Shown: positions 31,373 through 42,375, counted from the stretch's first letter. The stretch: DNA of 64,000 nucleotides from Candidatus Planktophila sp. (GCA_044348745.1 JBIKSG010000003.1), one strand, 5' to 3'. The notes: a model not told the origin generated them from the sequence alone. A program made the numbers and translations.

Positions 31373-32131
31373 GTGGGCAGAGAATTGTTAGGTGCAGCGC
31401 TTGATCAGGCCGAGATCAATAGATTAATTACGCCTTACTGGCGAGTAAGCGTGGTTGACCTCACGCGCTCTACGCAAGGCGATTTAGTACAACGGGTTCG
31501 AGATGGAAATGCGCAAGTCGGGGATGTAATCGTTGCAGAATTTCAAAGCGCTGGACGAGGACGATTAGATCGAACTTTTGAAGCACCGAAAGGAACAGCG
31601 TTATTATTTTCTTTTTACATCCAACCGCAACGCAATCGTGATGACTGGGGATGGATTCCGCTCATAGCTGGATACGGTGTTGCAAAGACACTGCATGCTT
31701 TTCATGCAACAGTGAAATGGCCTAACGATGTTTTGATTAACAACAAAAAGGTTTCCGGGCTAATTGCCGAAGTAGTTGGCAATGGAGTTGTCATCGGTAT
31801 AGGAATCAATGTGGGGATGGATGAACATCAATTGCCAGTAGAAACAGCAACTTCCTTATTGATCGAAGATGGAGTTGACTTAACTAGAGACGAAATTTTG
31901 TGTGAGGTTCTTGAAGAGTTCGAAGAGCATTTTGTTCTATGGGATCAAGGAATTGATGAGGTTCAACCGCTCTACAGGCACTTAAGCGCAACCTTGGGCA
32001 AAGAGGTGAGAGTTGAATATCCAGGCGGCGCTACACACCTAGCTACTGCCGTATCAATTTCAGACACCGGTGCTTTGGTCTTAGATGACGGAACTCATGT
32101 TCAGTCTGCCGATGTAATTCATCTACGATAG
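31373..32131 (+). CDS. birA: Biotin--protein ligase (class I, no HTH)
   Basis: QSAGRGRLDR, KWPND, KKVSGL, GIGIN; start inferred from the leaderless promoter. Confidence 0.92.
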   Translation: MGRELLGAALDQAEINRLITPYWRVSVVDLTRSTQGDLVQRVRDGNAQVGDVIVAEFQSAGRGRLDRTFEAPKGTALLFSFYIQPQRNRDDWGWIPLIAGYGVAKTLHAFHATVKWPNDVLINNKKVSGLIAEVVGNGVVIGIGINVGMDEHQLPVETATSLLIEDGVDLTRDEILCEVLEEFEEHFVLWDQGIDEVQPLYRHLSATLGKEVRVEYPGGATHLATAVSISDTGALVLDDGTHVQSADVIHLR

Positions 32132-32135
32132 GGCA

Positions 32136-33248
32136 GTGAGAAAAACCTTTCCGACAGTCGGTGTTATCGGCGCAGGTCAACTTGCTCGAATGAGCATTGC
32201 GCCAGCTGCAGCACTCGGAGTCGATCTTCTTCTATTAGCTGCTGACAGTAATGATTCTGGCGCACAAGTTACTAATCACGTTGTTGGCGACTACAAAGAT
32301 TTAGAAACAGTAAAGTCATTTGCAAAGAATTGTGATGTAGTCACCTTTGAGCATGAATTAATCCCACTAAGTATTATTAAGTCACTTGAGGCCGATGGGA
32401 TAGTAGTTCGACCTTCATCTGCATCATTTGTCTATTCACAAGATAAAGCAGCGATGCGTGAAAAATTGAGCGCTTATCCTGCACCAAATTTCCAAGTAGT
32501 CACAGATTCAAGCCAAGTATCTGAATATCCAGTCATTGCGAAAGCAATATTAGGAGGCTATGACGGCCGTGGTGTTTGGAAGATTAACTCCCGACAAGAA
32601 CTTTCAGAGGTAGTCAAAGAGGTTGGGAAAGTTCTAGTTGAAGAATTGATTGAATTTGATTATGAAATTGCAGTCATGGTTGCACGATCACCACATGGTC
32701 AAGCCACTACTTGGGCTCCAACACAGACTGTGCAAAAAGATGGTATTTGCGTGATGACTATTTCACCTGCGCCACAACTAACTGCTGCATTAAGTGAAAA
32801 AGCACAAAAGTTAGCACTTGATATTGCTGCAGAAGTTGGAGTAGTTGGAGTCATGGCAGTTGAAATGTTTGTGAAGGGAGAAGACCTCTTCATTAACGAG
32901 TTAGCTATGCGTCCCCATAATTCAGGTCACTGGACAATCGAAGGATCGCACACCAGCCAGTTTGAACAACATTTACGGGCTATCTTAGATCTGCCACTGG
33001 GTGACCCATCAATGACAGCACCAATTGCTGTTATGGGAAATGTGTTAGGTGGCACAAAAACAGATATGTATAGACCCTACTTACACCTAATGGCTCGGAC
33101 TCCAGCCCTAAAATTTCACAATTACAAAAAGGATGCACGCCCAGGTCGCAAGATTGGCCATGTAACTCTTCTGGGTCAAAATCTCCTAGAATTAACCGAA
33201 GAAGTTCAACATGCAGTGGACTATATGAGCGGAGAAATTGATGAGTGA
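32136..33248 (+). CDS. purK: N5-carboxyaminoimidazole ribonucleotide synthase
   Basis: [40 protein letters not shown]. Confidence 0.96.
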   Translation: MRKTFPTVGVIGAGQLARMSIAPAAALGVDLLLLAADSNDSGAQVTNHVVGDYKDLETVKSFAKNCDVVTFEHELIPLSIIKSLEADGIVVRPSSASFVYSQDKAAMREKLSAYPAPNFQVVTDSSQVSEYPVIAKAILGGYDGRGVWKINSRQELSEVVKEVGKVLVEELIEFDYEIAVMVARSPHGQATTWAPTQTVQKDGICVMTISPAPQLTAALSEKAQKLALDIAAEVGVVGVMAVEMFVKGEDLFINELAMRPHNSGHWTIEGSHTSQFEQHLRAILDLPLGDPSMTAPIAVMGNVLGGTKTDMYRPYLHLMARTPALKFHNYKKDARPGRKIGHVTLLGQNLLELTEEVQHAVDYMSGEIDE

Positions 33249-33747
33249 TGTAGCAATCATCATGGGGTCAGATTCAGACTGGCCAACGATGCAAGAAGCC
33301 GCCAACGTCTTAGATGATCTAGGAATTTCACATTCAGTAGATGTTGTTTCAGCCCATCGCATGCCACTTGAAATGGTTGAGTTCTCGCAAAGTGCCCAAG
33401 CCAAGGGCTACAAAGTAATTATTGCTGGAGCAGGTGGCGCAGCACATTTACCTGGAATGGTCGCATCATTAACTACTCTTCCAGTAATTGGAGTTCCAAT
33501 TGCATTAAAGAATCTGGACGGAATGGATTCCCTTCTTTCAATAGTACAAATGCCTGCCGGGGTTCCTGTTGCAACAGTTGGTGTTGATAATGCAAAAAAT
33601 GCTGCGCTCTTGGCAGCTCGCATACTTGGCATTTCCGATTCCGCTATCTCAGCAAAGGTTGCAGATGCTTTGAAAGAGATAAATGCAATTGCGAAGGAAA
33701 AAGGCGAGAGTTTAAAGTCTCGCCGCAACCAAAAAACTGGGTTTTAA
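33241..33747 (+). CDS. purE: N5-CAIR mutase
   Basis: [34 protein letters not shown]. Confidence 0.97.
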   Translation: MSDVAIIMGSDSDWPTMQEAANVLDDLGISHSVDVVSAHRMPLEMVEFSQSAQAKGYKVIIAGAGGAAHLPGMVASLTTLPVIGVPIALKNLDGMDSLLSIVQMPAGVPVATVGVDNAKNAALLAARILGISDSAISAKVADALKEINAIAKEKGESLKSRRNQKTGF

Positions 33748-34145
33748 CCTCGAGCCCGATATTCAATTGCAGGGCAGCGGTCCATGATCGTTAACAAACC
33801 TGCTGCATGCGCGCGCGCAATTGCATCAGTGTCAATAACATCCAACTGTAACCAAACTGCCTTAGCACCAATGGCGATAGCTTCATCTACGACTTTTCCA
33901 ACAAGAGTTGAGTTAACAAAGCAATCGACAACATCTACAGGTCCAGGAATTTCAGACAAAGTTTTGTAGCCAACTTCGCCGTGCACAACTTCTGCTCGAG
34001 GATAAACCGGAATAATTCGGTGACCTTTATCTTGTAGCAATTTTGCAACACCAAATGCTGCTCTTTCAGGATTGTTCCCAAGACCAACAACAGCCCAAGT
34101 TTTCAACTCAAGGACTGCATCAATTGTTTCCTTGGTATTAATCAG
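33744..34145 (-). CDS. CoA-binding protein (YccU-like); start uncertain (CTG 34145 or TTG 34106)
   Basis: [25 protein letters not shown]. Confidence 0.85.
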   Translation of the reverse strand: MINTKETIDAVLELKTWAVVGLGNNPERAAFGVAKLLQDKGHRIIPVYPRAEVVHGEVGYKTLSEIPGPVDVVDCFVNSTLVGKVVDEAIAIGAKAVWLQLDVIDTDAIARAHAAGLLTIMDRCPAIEYRARG

Positions 34146-35448
34146 TTCGCCCTAATGCGTGGAATTTCCAACCAGCGCTGCGCCACATAGTGCGATCAAG
34201 CATGTTGCGACCATCAATGATGACCTTGCCCTTAACCAGAGAAGATATTCCCGCTGGATCGATCTGGCGGTATTCCTTCCATTCCGTCAGGTGCAGAATC
34301 AAATCTGCATCCTTAATGGCATCCTCAATGACCTCAGAGTATTTAAGGTTTGGAAAGCGCTTGCGAGCAGGCTCAATACCTTGCGGATCATGAATGACAA
34401 CTTCAGCTCCTGCTGCATGCAATTGCACAGAGATGTCTAAGGCTGGGGAGTCGCGCACATCATCACTGTCAGGTTTAAATGTTGCACCTAAGACGGCAAT
34501 TTTGTATTGCGTAAGATCTTCAGAAAGAACGTTTCGCACAATATCAATCACACGCTGGCGGGCACGTAAGTTAATGGCATCAATTTCTCGCAAAAACTCG
34601 AGGGCTTGTTTGGCACCCAGCTCTTCAGCACGAGCCATAAATGCCCGAATATCCTTTGGAAGGCAGCCTCCACCAAAACCAATACCTGCTTGCAGAAAGC
34701 GACTTCCAATGCGTGGGTCATAACCAATTGCTTTTGCAAGCACAGTGACATCTCCACCAGCGGCTTCACACACCTCGGCCATGGCGTTAATGAAAGAAAT
34801 CTTTGTTGCTAAGAATGAGTTTGCAGCGACTTTTACAAGTTCAGATGTTGGTAAGTCTGCACGAATCCATGGAGTTCCTAATGCAATCACTGGTTCATAA
34901 ACTTCTTTAAGTATCTCTTCAGCTCGATCATTTGCAACACCAACTACTAAACGGTTTGGGGTCAACGTATCTTCAACTGCAAAGCCCTCACGAAGGAATT
35001 CAGGATTCCAAGCAAGGTCTGCTTGAGGAGCAATCTTGGCAAGTTCGTTGCGTAAAGCTTGTGCAGTTCCGACTGGAACAGTGGACTTACCTACGACAAG
35101 AGATCCATCTTTTAGGTAAGGAGCGATTGCAGAGACTGCCGACTTTACATAGGTTAAATCTGCAGCCAATCCATCCTTGACTTGGGGAGTACCAACACAG
35201 ACAAAGTGAACATCAGCATCTTTAACGGCCGAAAAATCTGTCGTGAAAGAGAGTCGGCCAGTTTTCATCTCTTGTTCTAGAAGAGTATCTAGTCCTGGCT
35301 CATAGAAAGGTAACTTGCCGCTCTGGAGAAGCGCTACTTTTTCTGGATCTGTATCCACACCAACAACAGTGAAGCCAAGTGAAGACATACATGCAGCGTG
35401 GGTGGCTCCTAGATATCCGCAGCCAACAACCGAGAGAGTTAAAGTCAT
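34138..35448 (-). CDS. ugd: UDP-glucose/GDP-mannose 6-dehydrogenase
   Basis: GCGYLG, KSTVPVGT, NPEFLREG, GFGGGCLPKD, FKPDSDDVRDSP, IDGRN. Confidence 0.95.
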   Translation of the reverse strand: MTLTLSVVGCGYLGATHAACMSSLGFTVVGVDTDPEKVALLQSGKLPFYEPGLDTLLEQEMKTGRLSFTTDFSAVKDADVHFVCVGTPQVKDGLAADLTYVKSAVSAIAPYLKDGSLVVGKSTVPVGTAQALRNELAKIAPQADLAWNPEFLREGFAVEDTLTPNRLVVGVANDRAEEILKEVYEPVIALGTPWIRADLPTSELVKVAANSFLATKISFINAMAEVCEAAGGDVTVLAKAIGYDPRIGSRFLQAGIGFGGGCLPKDIRAFMARAEELGAKQALEFLREIDAINLRARQRVIDIVRNVLSEDLTQYKIAVLGATFKPDSDDVRDSPALDISVQLHAAGAEVVIHDPQGIEPARKRFPNLKYSEVIEDAIKDADLILHLTEWKEYRQIDPAGISSLVKGKVIIDGRNMLDRTMWRSAGWKFHALGRTD

Positions 35449-35458
35449 GTGCGGGAGT

Positions 35459-36574
35459 TTACTTCAGAGCCCCGCAAGGATTTTCATCAGCGGTACGAGT
35501 CTTGAATTTATCGATCACAGTAGGAGTTGCTTCAGCAGTACTTGAGGCAGATGGTGAGGGGGTCACTTCATCAACAAGCGGCAAATCTTCACGCAAACGA
35601 TTGAAAAGATCGGGGGCTAATACAGGGTCCCACACAACTACTGAGCCCAGTCCGGGTACGCGGGCATTGACATCACTCAACGGAATGGTCAAGGTGCGAA
35701 CTTTGCTCGGTGAAAGATTTTTCATTTGTTTTGCAAGAGTAAGTAGATCAGACTCATTAAGTTCGGAGTCAGTTGTAACTGTGGCAATTGCGGCATTAAA
35801 GAAGTTAACGAGTTTTATTGGGTTGAGTAGAACCCCAGTGCTTGTTACTTTTCTTAACAAAGATCCTAGGAATTGTTGCTGACGTTGCATGCGACCAAGG
35901 TCACCCATGCCATCGAAGTCACGTGTTCGAACATACTTAAGCGACTCAACGCCGTTGAGAGTGTGAACTCCGGCAGATAAAACTAAGTGGCTACCTGGGT
36001 CATCTATGTCTTTCTTGGTACAGACCTCAATCCCACCCAACGCATCCACCATGCCCGCAAATCCTGCAAAACCAATTTCAATATAGTGATCAATTCGAAC
36101 ACCAGTTTCATTTTCAATAGTTTCAATGAGAAGCGGAGCACCACCAAAAGCGAATGCAGAATTAATCTTTCCTTTTGCTGCTGGGATAATTTTAGTTTTA
36201 TCGATAGATGACACATGTTCAGGAATTGTGACTAAAGAATCGCGAGGAATCGAGATTAAAGTTACCTTGTCGCGAGCTTTAGAGATGTGAACAATTAGCA
36301 TCGTGTCAGAGCGTTTACCTGCCGCGGTTGCAGTAGATCCAACACGAAGCAATTTACGTTGCTCTTTTGTTAAGCCTTCACGAGTATCTGATCCGACGAG
36401 AAGGTAGTTAAGGGCTTTGTTTGGTTTATCGGGACGAGAATCCAAGGCTCCGAATACATCAACTCGATCAATGGCTCCACTTACTTGCCCGAGGCCAAGC
36501 CAAGAAATGGCCGAGATAAGGACTACTCCCAGGGAGAGTGAGGTAATAATCCGAATTGCCCGCGTTGATTTCAC
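35459..36574 (-). CDS. LCP (LytR-CpsA-Psr) glycopolymer transferase
   Basis: N-terminal TM helix; LLVGSD.R, RSDT, SIPRD, KINSA, RTR, DLGRMQRQQ. Confidence 0.95.
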   Translation of the reverse strand: MKSTRAIRIITSLSLGVVLISAISWLGLGQVSGAIDRVDVFGALDSRPDKPNKALNYLLVGSDTREGLTKEQRKLLRVGSTATAAGKRSDTMLIVHISKARDKVTLISIPRDSLVTIPEHVSSIDKTKIIPAAKGKINSAFAFGGAPLLIETIENETGVRIDHYIEIGFAGFAGMVDALGGIEVCTKKDIDDPGSHLVLSAGVHTLNGVESLKYVRTRDFDGMGDLGRMQRQQQFLGSLLRKVTSTGVLLNPIKLVNFFNAAIATVTTDSELNESDLLTLAKQMKNLSPSKVRTLTIPLSDVNARVPGLGSVVVWDPVLAPDLFNRLREDLPLVDEVTPSPSASSTAEATPTVIDKFKTRTADENPCGALK

Positions 36575-36610
36575 TGTCTGAGCGTACTTGAGCGATAGCG
36601 TGTACGCGTT

Positions 36611-37621
36611 ATGCCGACATCAGCTAATGCGTTATATGGCTCACCGAAGCGGGAGATTTCGGTAATTCTGCCTGTCTTGAATGAGGAGAAGTACTTAACT
36701 GATGCCGTAAATGCGATCCTCACCCAAAAGTACGATGGCAAGATGGAAGTAATTTTAGCGATTGGGCCTTCGCAGGACAGAACCTTGGAAATTGCTCAGC
36801 AATTACACAAGAATGATTCTCGTGTAGTAATTGTTGACAATCCAACAGGTCGAACTGCAGCTGGTTTAAATTTGGCAATTGCATCATCGCAATACTCAAT
36901 TATCGTTCGAGTCGATGGCCATGCAAATATCCCAAATAATTATTGTAATTTGGTGTCAGAGATTTTGGAAAACACAGGTGCAGTAAATGTCGGCGGTGTA
37001 ATGGCCGCTGAAGGCCGATCTCTATTTGAGCGATCTGTTGCACGTGCGATGCGCAGTCCACTAGGGGTTGGTGCTTCTAGATTCCATACTGGCGGAGGCG
37101 CTGGGGAAGTCGACACTGTGTATCTCGGTGCATTTCGAAAAGAAGCATTACTTGCTGTTGGTGGATTTGATGAACGATTTACTCGTGCCCAAGATTGGGA
37201 ACTCAACTTCAGATTGCGCCAAGCTGGCGGCATTGTTTACTTTGATCCTCGTTTAGTTGTTACCTATCGGCCTCGATCAACTATAAAAGCATTAGCAAAG
37301 CAATACTTCGAATATGGTCGTTGGCGACGTGTAGTCTCACGCCGCCATAAAGGCACTATCAATTACCGTTATTTTGCACCGCCCTTCACGGTTATTGCAA
37401 CAACGCTTTCACTCATACTCGGATTGTTAATTTCTCCGGTTCTATTCATTCCATCCCTCACATATGCTGTGTTTATCCTGATTGCTTCTGGAGTAATCGG
37501 AAAAAGTATGGGCGAGATTCTGTGTTTACCCACAATATTGCTAACAATGCATATTTCATGGGGGCTTGGATTTCTTACTTCGCCTAAGTCACTAGCCCCT
37601 GCTGTAACCTTGAACCCGTGA
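36611..37621 (+). CDS. GT2-family glycosyltransferase (ExoA-like)
   Basis: SVILPVLNE, RVDGH, GGFDE, QDWELN, QYFEYG.WR; C-terminal TM helices. Confidence 0.9.
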   Translation: MPTSANALYGSPKREISVILPVLNEEKYLTDAVNAILTQKYDGKMEVILAIGPSQDRTLEIAQQLHKNDSRVVIVDNPTGRTAAGLNLAIASSQYSIIVRVDGHANIPNNYCNLVSEILENTGAVNVGGVMAAEGRSLFERSVARAMRSPLGVGASRFHTGGGAGEVDTVYLGAFRKEALLAVGGFDERFTRAQDWELNFRLRQAGGIVYFDPRLVVTYRPRSTIKALAKQYFEYGRWRRVVSRRHKGTINYRYFAPPFTVIATTLSLILGLLISPVLFIPSLTYAVFILIASGVIGKSMGEILCLPTILLTMHISWGLGFLTSPKSLAPAVTLNP

Positions 37622-38445
37622 GCACGCCACTGCAGGTATATGAGCCATTCAAAGCTGGCCTGCCTAAACTGGGCCGTTACTGGAAGTCTCTATGGTCTCG
37701 TCGGACCTTCATCAAGGAGTACTCCAAATCTGAACTTCGAGAGCAACATTTTGACTCTGTATTTGGGCAATTGTGGCTAGTTATAAATCCATTATTGCTG
37801 TCGGCCGTTTATTTCATTTTGATCATCATTATTGGTGGCACCACAGATAGTGAACGGTATGCACATCTAACTGCCAGCTTGTTTCTGTTTTACCTTGTAG
37901 CAAACAGTCTTACTGGTGGCGTGAAATCTGTTACCGCAGGCCAGCGCTTAATTCTTAACACCGCGTTCCCACGAATAATGCTTCCAATATCAGCGCTAGT
38001 GATTGCAATATTCAAATTTCTACCCACACTCATTGTCTTTCTTGCAATTAAAGCAATTGTTGGATCACCATTTTCACTTCAAATGCTTTGGGCCATTCCT
38101 GTGCTTTTGATAACTATTTTTCTTGCACTCGGTTTGGCAATCACAATTTCCTGTATCAATGTGTATTTCAGAGACATAGCAAGTTTCTTACCGTACCTAA
38201 CTAGAACGCTTTTGTACTTGTCACCTATTCTTTATACAGCAGCTGATTTGAAACCAAGTCTGCGAGCACTTGAAGTAGTTAATCCACTTTTCCCAATTTT
38301 GGATTCATGGTCACGTGCAATGGTTCAAGGAGAAACTCCTCAATTTTCGAGCATGCTACAAGGATTAGCTTGGGCCACTGGAATCTTTTTTGTTGGTACG
38401 TATTTCTTTTTATCGAGGGAGCGTGAGTTCGCTGTCCGTCTCTAA
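37618..38445 (+). CDS. Polysaccharide/teichoic acid ABC exporter permease (Wzm/TagG)
   Basis: GQLWLVINPL, FPR, YFRD, YLSPILY, NPL. Confidence 0.9.
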   Translation: MSTPLQVYEPFKAGLPKLGRYWKSLWSRRTFIKEYSKSELREQHFDSVFGQLWLVINPLLLSAVYFILIIIIGGTTDSERYAHLTASLFLFYLVANSLTGGVKSVTAGQRLILNTAFPRIMLPISALVIAIFKFLPTLIVFLAIKAIVGSPFSLQMLWAIPVLLITIFLALGLAITISCINVYFRDIASFLPYLTRTLLYLSPILYTAADLKPSLRALEVVNPLFPILDSWSRAMVQGETPQFSSMLQGLAWATGIFFVGTYFFLSREREFAVRL

Positions 38446-39226
38446 TACACACATAACAAATGAACTCGCGGTTTCGATCCGTGGAGTAGGACTTACATAT
38501 ACAACATCTATTGATAAGAAGCCGACCCTTAAATCTCGAGCAAAGTCTTTGGGGCGTGGGAAGAAGCAAACGCGAGTTGTAAGAGCACTGGACGAGATTA
38601 ATTTAGATATTCAATATGGACATGTGCTTGGTGTGATTGGCACAAACGGTGCTGGAAAATCTTCTCTAATGAGATGTGTTGCCGGCATCTTGCCTCCCTC
38701 ACAGGGTCGCATCGAGGTCTATGGATCTGTCAGCACATTGCTGGCACTTGGCGTTGGCTTTAATCCATCAATGTCTGGCCGTGACAATGTTTTTCTTGGT
38801 GGACTAGCTGCCGGAATGTCACGCGAGGAAATAGCGGGTAACTTTGAAGAGATAGCTGAATTTTCAGAACTTGGCGATGCGATAGATGCCCCTATGCGCA
38901 CATACTCATCAGGTATGTATGCGCGGCTAGCATTTTCAGTTGCAGCCGTGGTGCGCCCAGATATCTTGATTATTGATGAAGCACTTAGTACCGGAGATGC
39001 CAAGTTTAAAGAAAAAAGCCTCAACCGCGTAAAGGAACTTCGTGGCGAAGATCGTGCCCTGATTTTAGTGAGCCATGCGATGCAAACTTTGCGAGACACC
39101 TGTAATGATGTTGCATGGCTACACAAAGGAAAACTAGTTCAACGTGGCGAGCCAAATGCAGTTATTGATGCCTATCAAGAGTTCTTACACCTTGGAAAGA
39201 GCGCAGCAATTGATGAGGATGTTTAA
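38423..39226 (+). CDS. Polysaccharide/teichoic acid ABC exporter ATPase (Wzt/TagH)
   Basis: GTNGAGKS, YSSGM.ARLAF, IIDEALSTGD, VSH; GTG after GAGGGA. Confidence 0.92.
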   Translation: MSSLSVSNTHITNELAVSIRGVGLTYTTSIDKKPTLKSRAKSLGRGKKQTRVVRALDEINLDIQYGHVLGVIGTNGAGKSSLMRCVAGILPPSQGRIEVYGSVSTLLALGVGFNPSMSGRDNVFLGGLAAGMSREEIAGNFEEIAEFSELGDAIDAPMRTYSSGMYARLAFSVAAVVRPDILIIDEALSTGDAKFKEKSLNRVKELRGEDRALILVSHAMQTLRDTCNDVAWLHKGKLVQRGEPNAVIDAYQEFLHLGKSAAIDEDV

Positions 39227-40490
39227 ACCTATAATTCTGGCGCTTTCTCTTGCCATTATTTTTCCAACACAATCTACAGCAGTAGAAATTCCTACTGCCT
39301 TTCAAGTACAGGGTGCCGGCTATGGCCATGGTGTTGGTATGAGTCAAATTGGAGCAAGAGCAAAAGCTATGGCGGGTGAAACTGCAACCGCAATTCTTAA
39401 TTACTACTACAAAGATGTCGTAATCGCGCCTTTAGATGACACAAAAATATTGCGAGTAAACGTTGGGCACTTACTTACATCTGCAAAAATAGCAACTGCA
39501 ACACAAGATGCAATAATTCAAATCTACAATGGCGATATTGGAGATGCGCAAGATGCAATTCCTTTAGCGGTTGTTCCGGTTAAGAGTTCTCTGAATTTTA
39601 GTATTTTGGGTTCAACGGTTGTGCCTAGTGTTCTTAATGGAAAGAAAACTACAAGTATTCCGCGCAACAGAGTCTTCACAATTCGCTGGAGTGGGACTCG
39701 TTACCTACAAGGCGTTGATGGAGTGATTTCGCTTTCACACACAGCGACCACAAAAAAGTATCGCTACGGTCAGATGCAAGTAAGAGCGGTAAAGGCATCC
39801 ACCCTTGGATATCGTTTAGAAATTACAAACTCTGTTCGCCTAGCTGATGAATACCTGTGGGGAGTTAGTGAAGTTCCATCATCCTGGCCAGAGGCTGCCC
39901 TTCAGGCGCAAGCGATTGCATCTAGATCATTTGCCATGAGTAAAGCAGGAATATATAGAGCATCCTGTGATTGCGATCTTTATGGCGAGATATCAGATCA
40001 ATCATTCCTTGGATATGCCAAAGAGACAGAAAAAGGCTGGGGACATTTGTGGAAAGCCGCAGTTACCAACACTGCTGGAATGACACTTACCCAAGCAGGA
40101 AAGCCCATCGCTGCTTATTTTTCTAGTTCAAGTGGGGGACAGACAGAAACTTCTGGAAATGCTTGGGGTACACAAATAAGTTACACACAAACAATCCCAG
40201 ATCCATCCAGCCTGGATCCAATCCTGAACCCCCGCTTTTTTAAGTGGGAAAGGACAGTTTCACAAGCAGCAGTTGCGGCAGCCTTTGTTTTGCCCGATGT
40301 TGTTAAGTTAGAGATTGTTATGAAAAATACCAGTGGAACGGTTGCAACAATAAAGGCGACCTCAAGCTCCGGCGTACAAAAGAGTTTACGAGGCGAAACC
40401 TTTAGAAGCCGAACCAAAATTCCATCTGCCTACTTTGATTTAGTTGGCGTGCAGAATGCTGTTGAGCCCACCCCAAGTCCCAGTCCTTAA
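39219..40490 (+). CDS. Secreted SpoIID/LytB-domain lytic transglycosylase-like protein
   Basis: Signal peptide; [41 protein letters not shown]. Confidence 0.9.
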   Translation: MFKPIILALSLAIIFPTQSTAVEIPTAFQVQGAGYGHGVGMSQIGARAKAMAGETATAILNYYYKDVVIAPLDDTKILRVNVGHLLTSAKIATATQDAIIQIYNGDIGDAQDAIPLAVVPVKSSLNFSILGSTVVPSVLNGKKTTSIPRNRVFTIRWSGTRYLQGVDGVISLSHTATTKKYRYGQMQVRAVKASTLGYRLEITNSVRLADEYLWGVSEVPSSWPEAALQAQAIASRSFAMSKAGIYRASCDCDLYGEISDQSFLGYAKETEKGWGHLWKAAVTNTAGMTLTQAGKPIAAYFSSSSGGQTETSGNAWGTQISYTQTIPDPSSLDPILNPRFFKWERTVSQAAVAAAFVLPDVVKLEIVMKNTSGTVATIKATSSSGVQKSLRGETFRSRTKIPSAYFDLVGVQNAVEPTPSPSP

Positions 40491-41357
40491 AACAACTTCG
40501 AGAGATCCATCAAGTGAATTACGTCGGAACAAAAGATTACTTGCGCCAGACAACGTGCCAGCTTTAACTACTTCACCATCAGGAAGCCTTACCTTTGCCG
40601 CTGAAGTTATATAAGTTCCAGCTTCGATCACACAGTTATCACCAAGAGAAATTCCTAAGCCTGAGTTTGCGCCCAGTAAACACTTTTCACCAATTGAGAT
40701 GACTTCTTTTCCACCACCACTGAGTGTGCCCATGATTGAAGCACCACCACCAACATCGGTGCCATCCCCAACAACAACACCAGCAGATATACGACCTTCA
40801 ACCATTGAAGTTCCCAATGTTCCAGCATTGAAATTTACAAAACCTTCATGCATGACAGTAGTGCCAGATGCAAGGTGGGCACCTAGGCGAACCCGATCTG
40901 CATCTGCAATTCGGACTCCACTTGGAACAACGTAATCAACCATTCGTGGGAACTTATCAACACCATAAACACTGACATGTCCATGCACTGCCTTCAAACG
41001 TGCTCGAGTGATTTCAAAACTGTCAACGGCGCAGGGACCAACTGAGGTCCAAACAACATTACTGAGAAGCCCAAAAATTCCATCAAGTGCAACTCCGTGG
41101 GGCTTTACAAGTCGGTGTGACAACAAATGTAAACGTAGATAAGCATCTGCAGCAGTTTCGGGTGCTTTTGTTAAATCGATTTCGATACTAATGACTTCGC
41201 GAGTAATTGCGCGCGCTTCATCTGCGCCAGCTAATGAGATCAGTTCTGCAGGAGCAGAACCAGTTAGACCGGATAGGGATGGAGATGGGAACCAAACATC
41301 CAAAGTAGTTCCCTTGGATAGTGTTGCGATTCCGTGGCCAGATGCAATGGTCGTCAT
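40440..41357 (-). CDS. dapD: Tetrahydrodipicolinate N-succinyltransferase (actinobacterial type)
   Basis: [43 protein letters not shown]. Confidence 0.95.
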   Translation of the reverse strand: MTTIASGHGIATLSKGTTLDVWFPSPSLSGLTGSAPAELISLAGADEARAITREVISIEIDLTKAPETAADAYLRLHLLSHRLVKPHGVALDGIFGLLSNVVWTSVGPCAVDSFEITRARLKAVHGHVSVYGVDKFPRMVDYVVPSGVRIADADRVRLGAHLASGTTVMHEGFVNFNAGTLGTSMVEGRISAGVVVGDGTDVGGGASIMGTLSGGGKEVISIGEKCLLGANSGLGISLGDNCVIEAGTYITSAAKVRLPDGEVVKAGTLSGASNLLFRRNSLDGSLEVVLRTGTWGGLNSILHAN

Positions 41358-41387
41358 GTCCTAAGCCTAGCCTCTATTGTTAGCGGT

Positions 41388-41921
41388 ATGCGTATTGCCG
41401 TCTTCTGCTCGTCATCCCCAACAATTGATGACAAGTACGTAGAGCTTGCCTACCAACTTGGCCAAGGGATTGCGGCATCCTCAAACGAATTAGTTACTGG
41501 TGGCGGACATATTTCTATGATGGGTGCTGTTTCCCGTGGCGCCCGTGACAAAGGCGGGAAGACAGTTGGTGTCATTCCGCAAGCCCTCGTAGACATTGAA
41601 TTTGCAGATCACGATAACGATGAACTCCATGTAGTAGAAACCATGGGTCAGCGCAAACACATGATCACAGATATTTCAGATGCATTCATTACATTACCTG
41701 GGGGAGCCGGAACACTTGAGGAGTTCTTTGAGATTTGGGTGGGCCACTATTTAAAGTTTCACACTAAGCCCGTTGTAATTTTGGATCCATTTGAAATATA
41801 TGCACCCTTACATGAATTGATAGTTCATCTTGAAGAAGAAAAATTTATTAAGCCTGGAATGCGCGAAATCATTCAATGGACTACAAATGTTGAAGAAGCA
41901 TTGAAAGCTTGTGGTGCATGA
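41388..41921 (+). CDS. LOG-family nucleotide phosphoribohydrolase (TIGR00730-like)
   Basis: IAVFCSS, TGGG, RK, LPGGAGTLEE; leaderless -10 TATTGT 7 nt upstream. Confidence 0.9.
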   Translation: MRIAVFCSSSPTIDDKYVELAYQLGQGIAASSNELVTGGGHISMMGAVSRGARDKGGKTVGVIPQALVDIEFADHDNDELHVVETMGQRKHMITDISDAFITLPGGAGTLEEFFEIWVGHYLKFHTKPVVILDPFEIYAPLHELIVHLEEEKFIKPGMREIIQWTTNVEEALKACGA

Positions 41922-42352
41922 GAAGTAATCACATTGCAATGAGCCTGATCATTAAAGCACCGATCGAAAAGGTCTGGGATGCTCTGGCAGATTGGGAGTC
42001 ACAAGGTGATTGGATGTTGCTCACCAAAGTTGAAGTTACATCGCAAGTTCGTGAAGGAGTTGGAACATCAATTTCTGCATTTACAGGGATTGGTAAAGTT
42101 GGAGTAATGGATCACATGGTTGTTACTTCATGGCAACCACCACATATCTGCGATGTTCTGCACACTGGAAAAATTATCAAGGGCACTGGTCGATTTGAAT
42201 TGTCCGCAATAGATTCAAAGACAACTCGATTTGATTGGTCCGAAGAGATATTGACCCCAAGAGTGATATTCCTGCTTATCGCACCTGGTTTATACGCTGG
42301 AGTGCGGATCTCACTGACCAAGCTCGGCCGCCATTTGCGCCATAGAAAGTAA
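41918..42352 (+). CDS. SRPBCC/polyketide cyclase-fold protein
   Basis: APIEKVWDALADW, W.PP, F.W.E pattern; ATGA-coupled to LOG. Confidence 0.8.
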   Translation: MRSNHIAMSLIIKAPIEKVWDALADWESQGDWMLLTKVEVTSQVREGVGTSISAFTGIGKVGVMDHMVVTSWQPPHICDVLHTGKIIKGTGRFELSAIDSKTTRFDWSEEILTPRVIFLLIAPGLYAGVRISLTKLGRHLRHRK

Positions 42353-42375
42353 GTTAAACGAAGTAAACTAAGCCA

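Noticed and set aside
39219-40490. SpoIID and WhiB as evidence of sporulation
   Set aside because: Both families are common in non-sporulating actinobacteria, where they act in wall remodelling and cell division.
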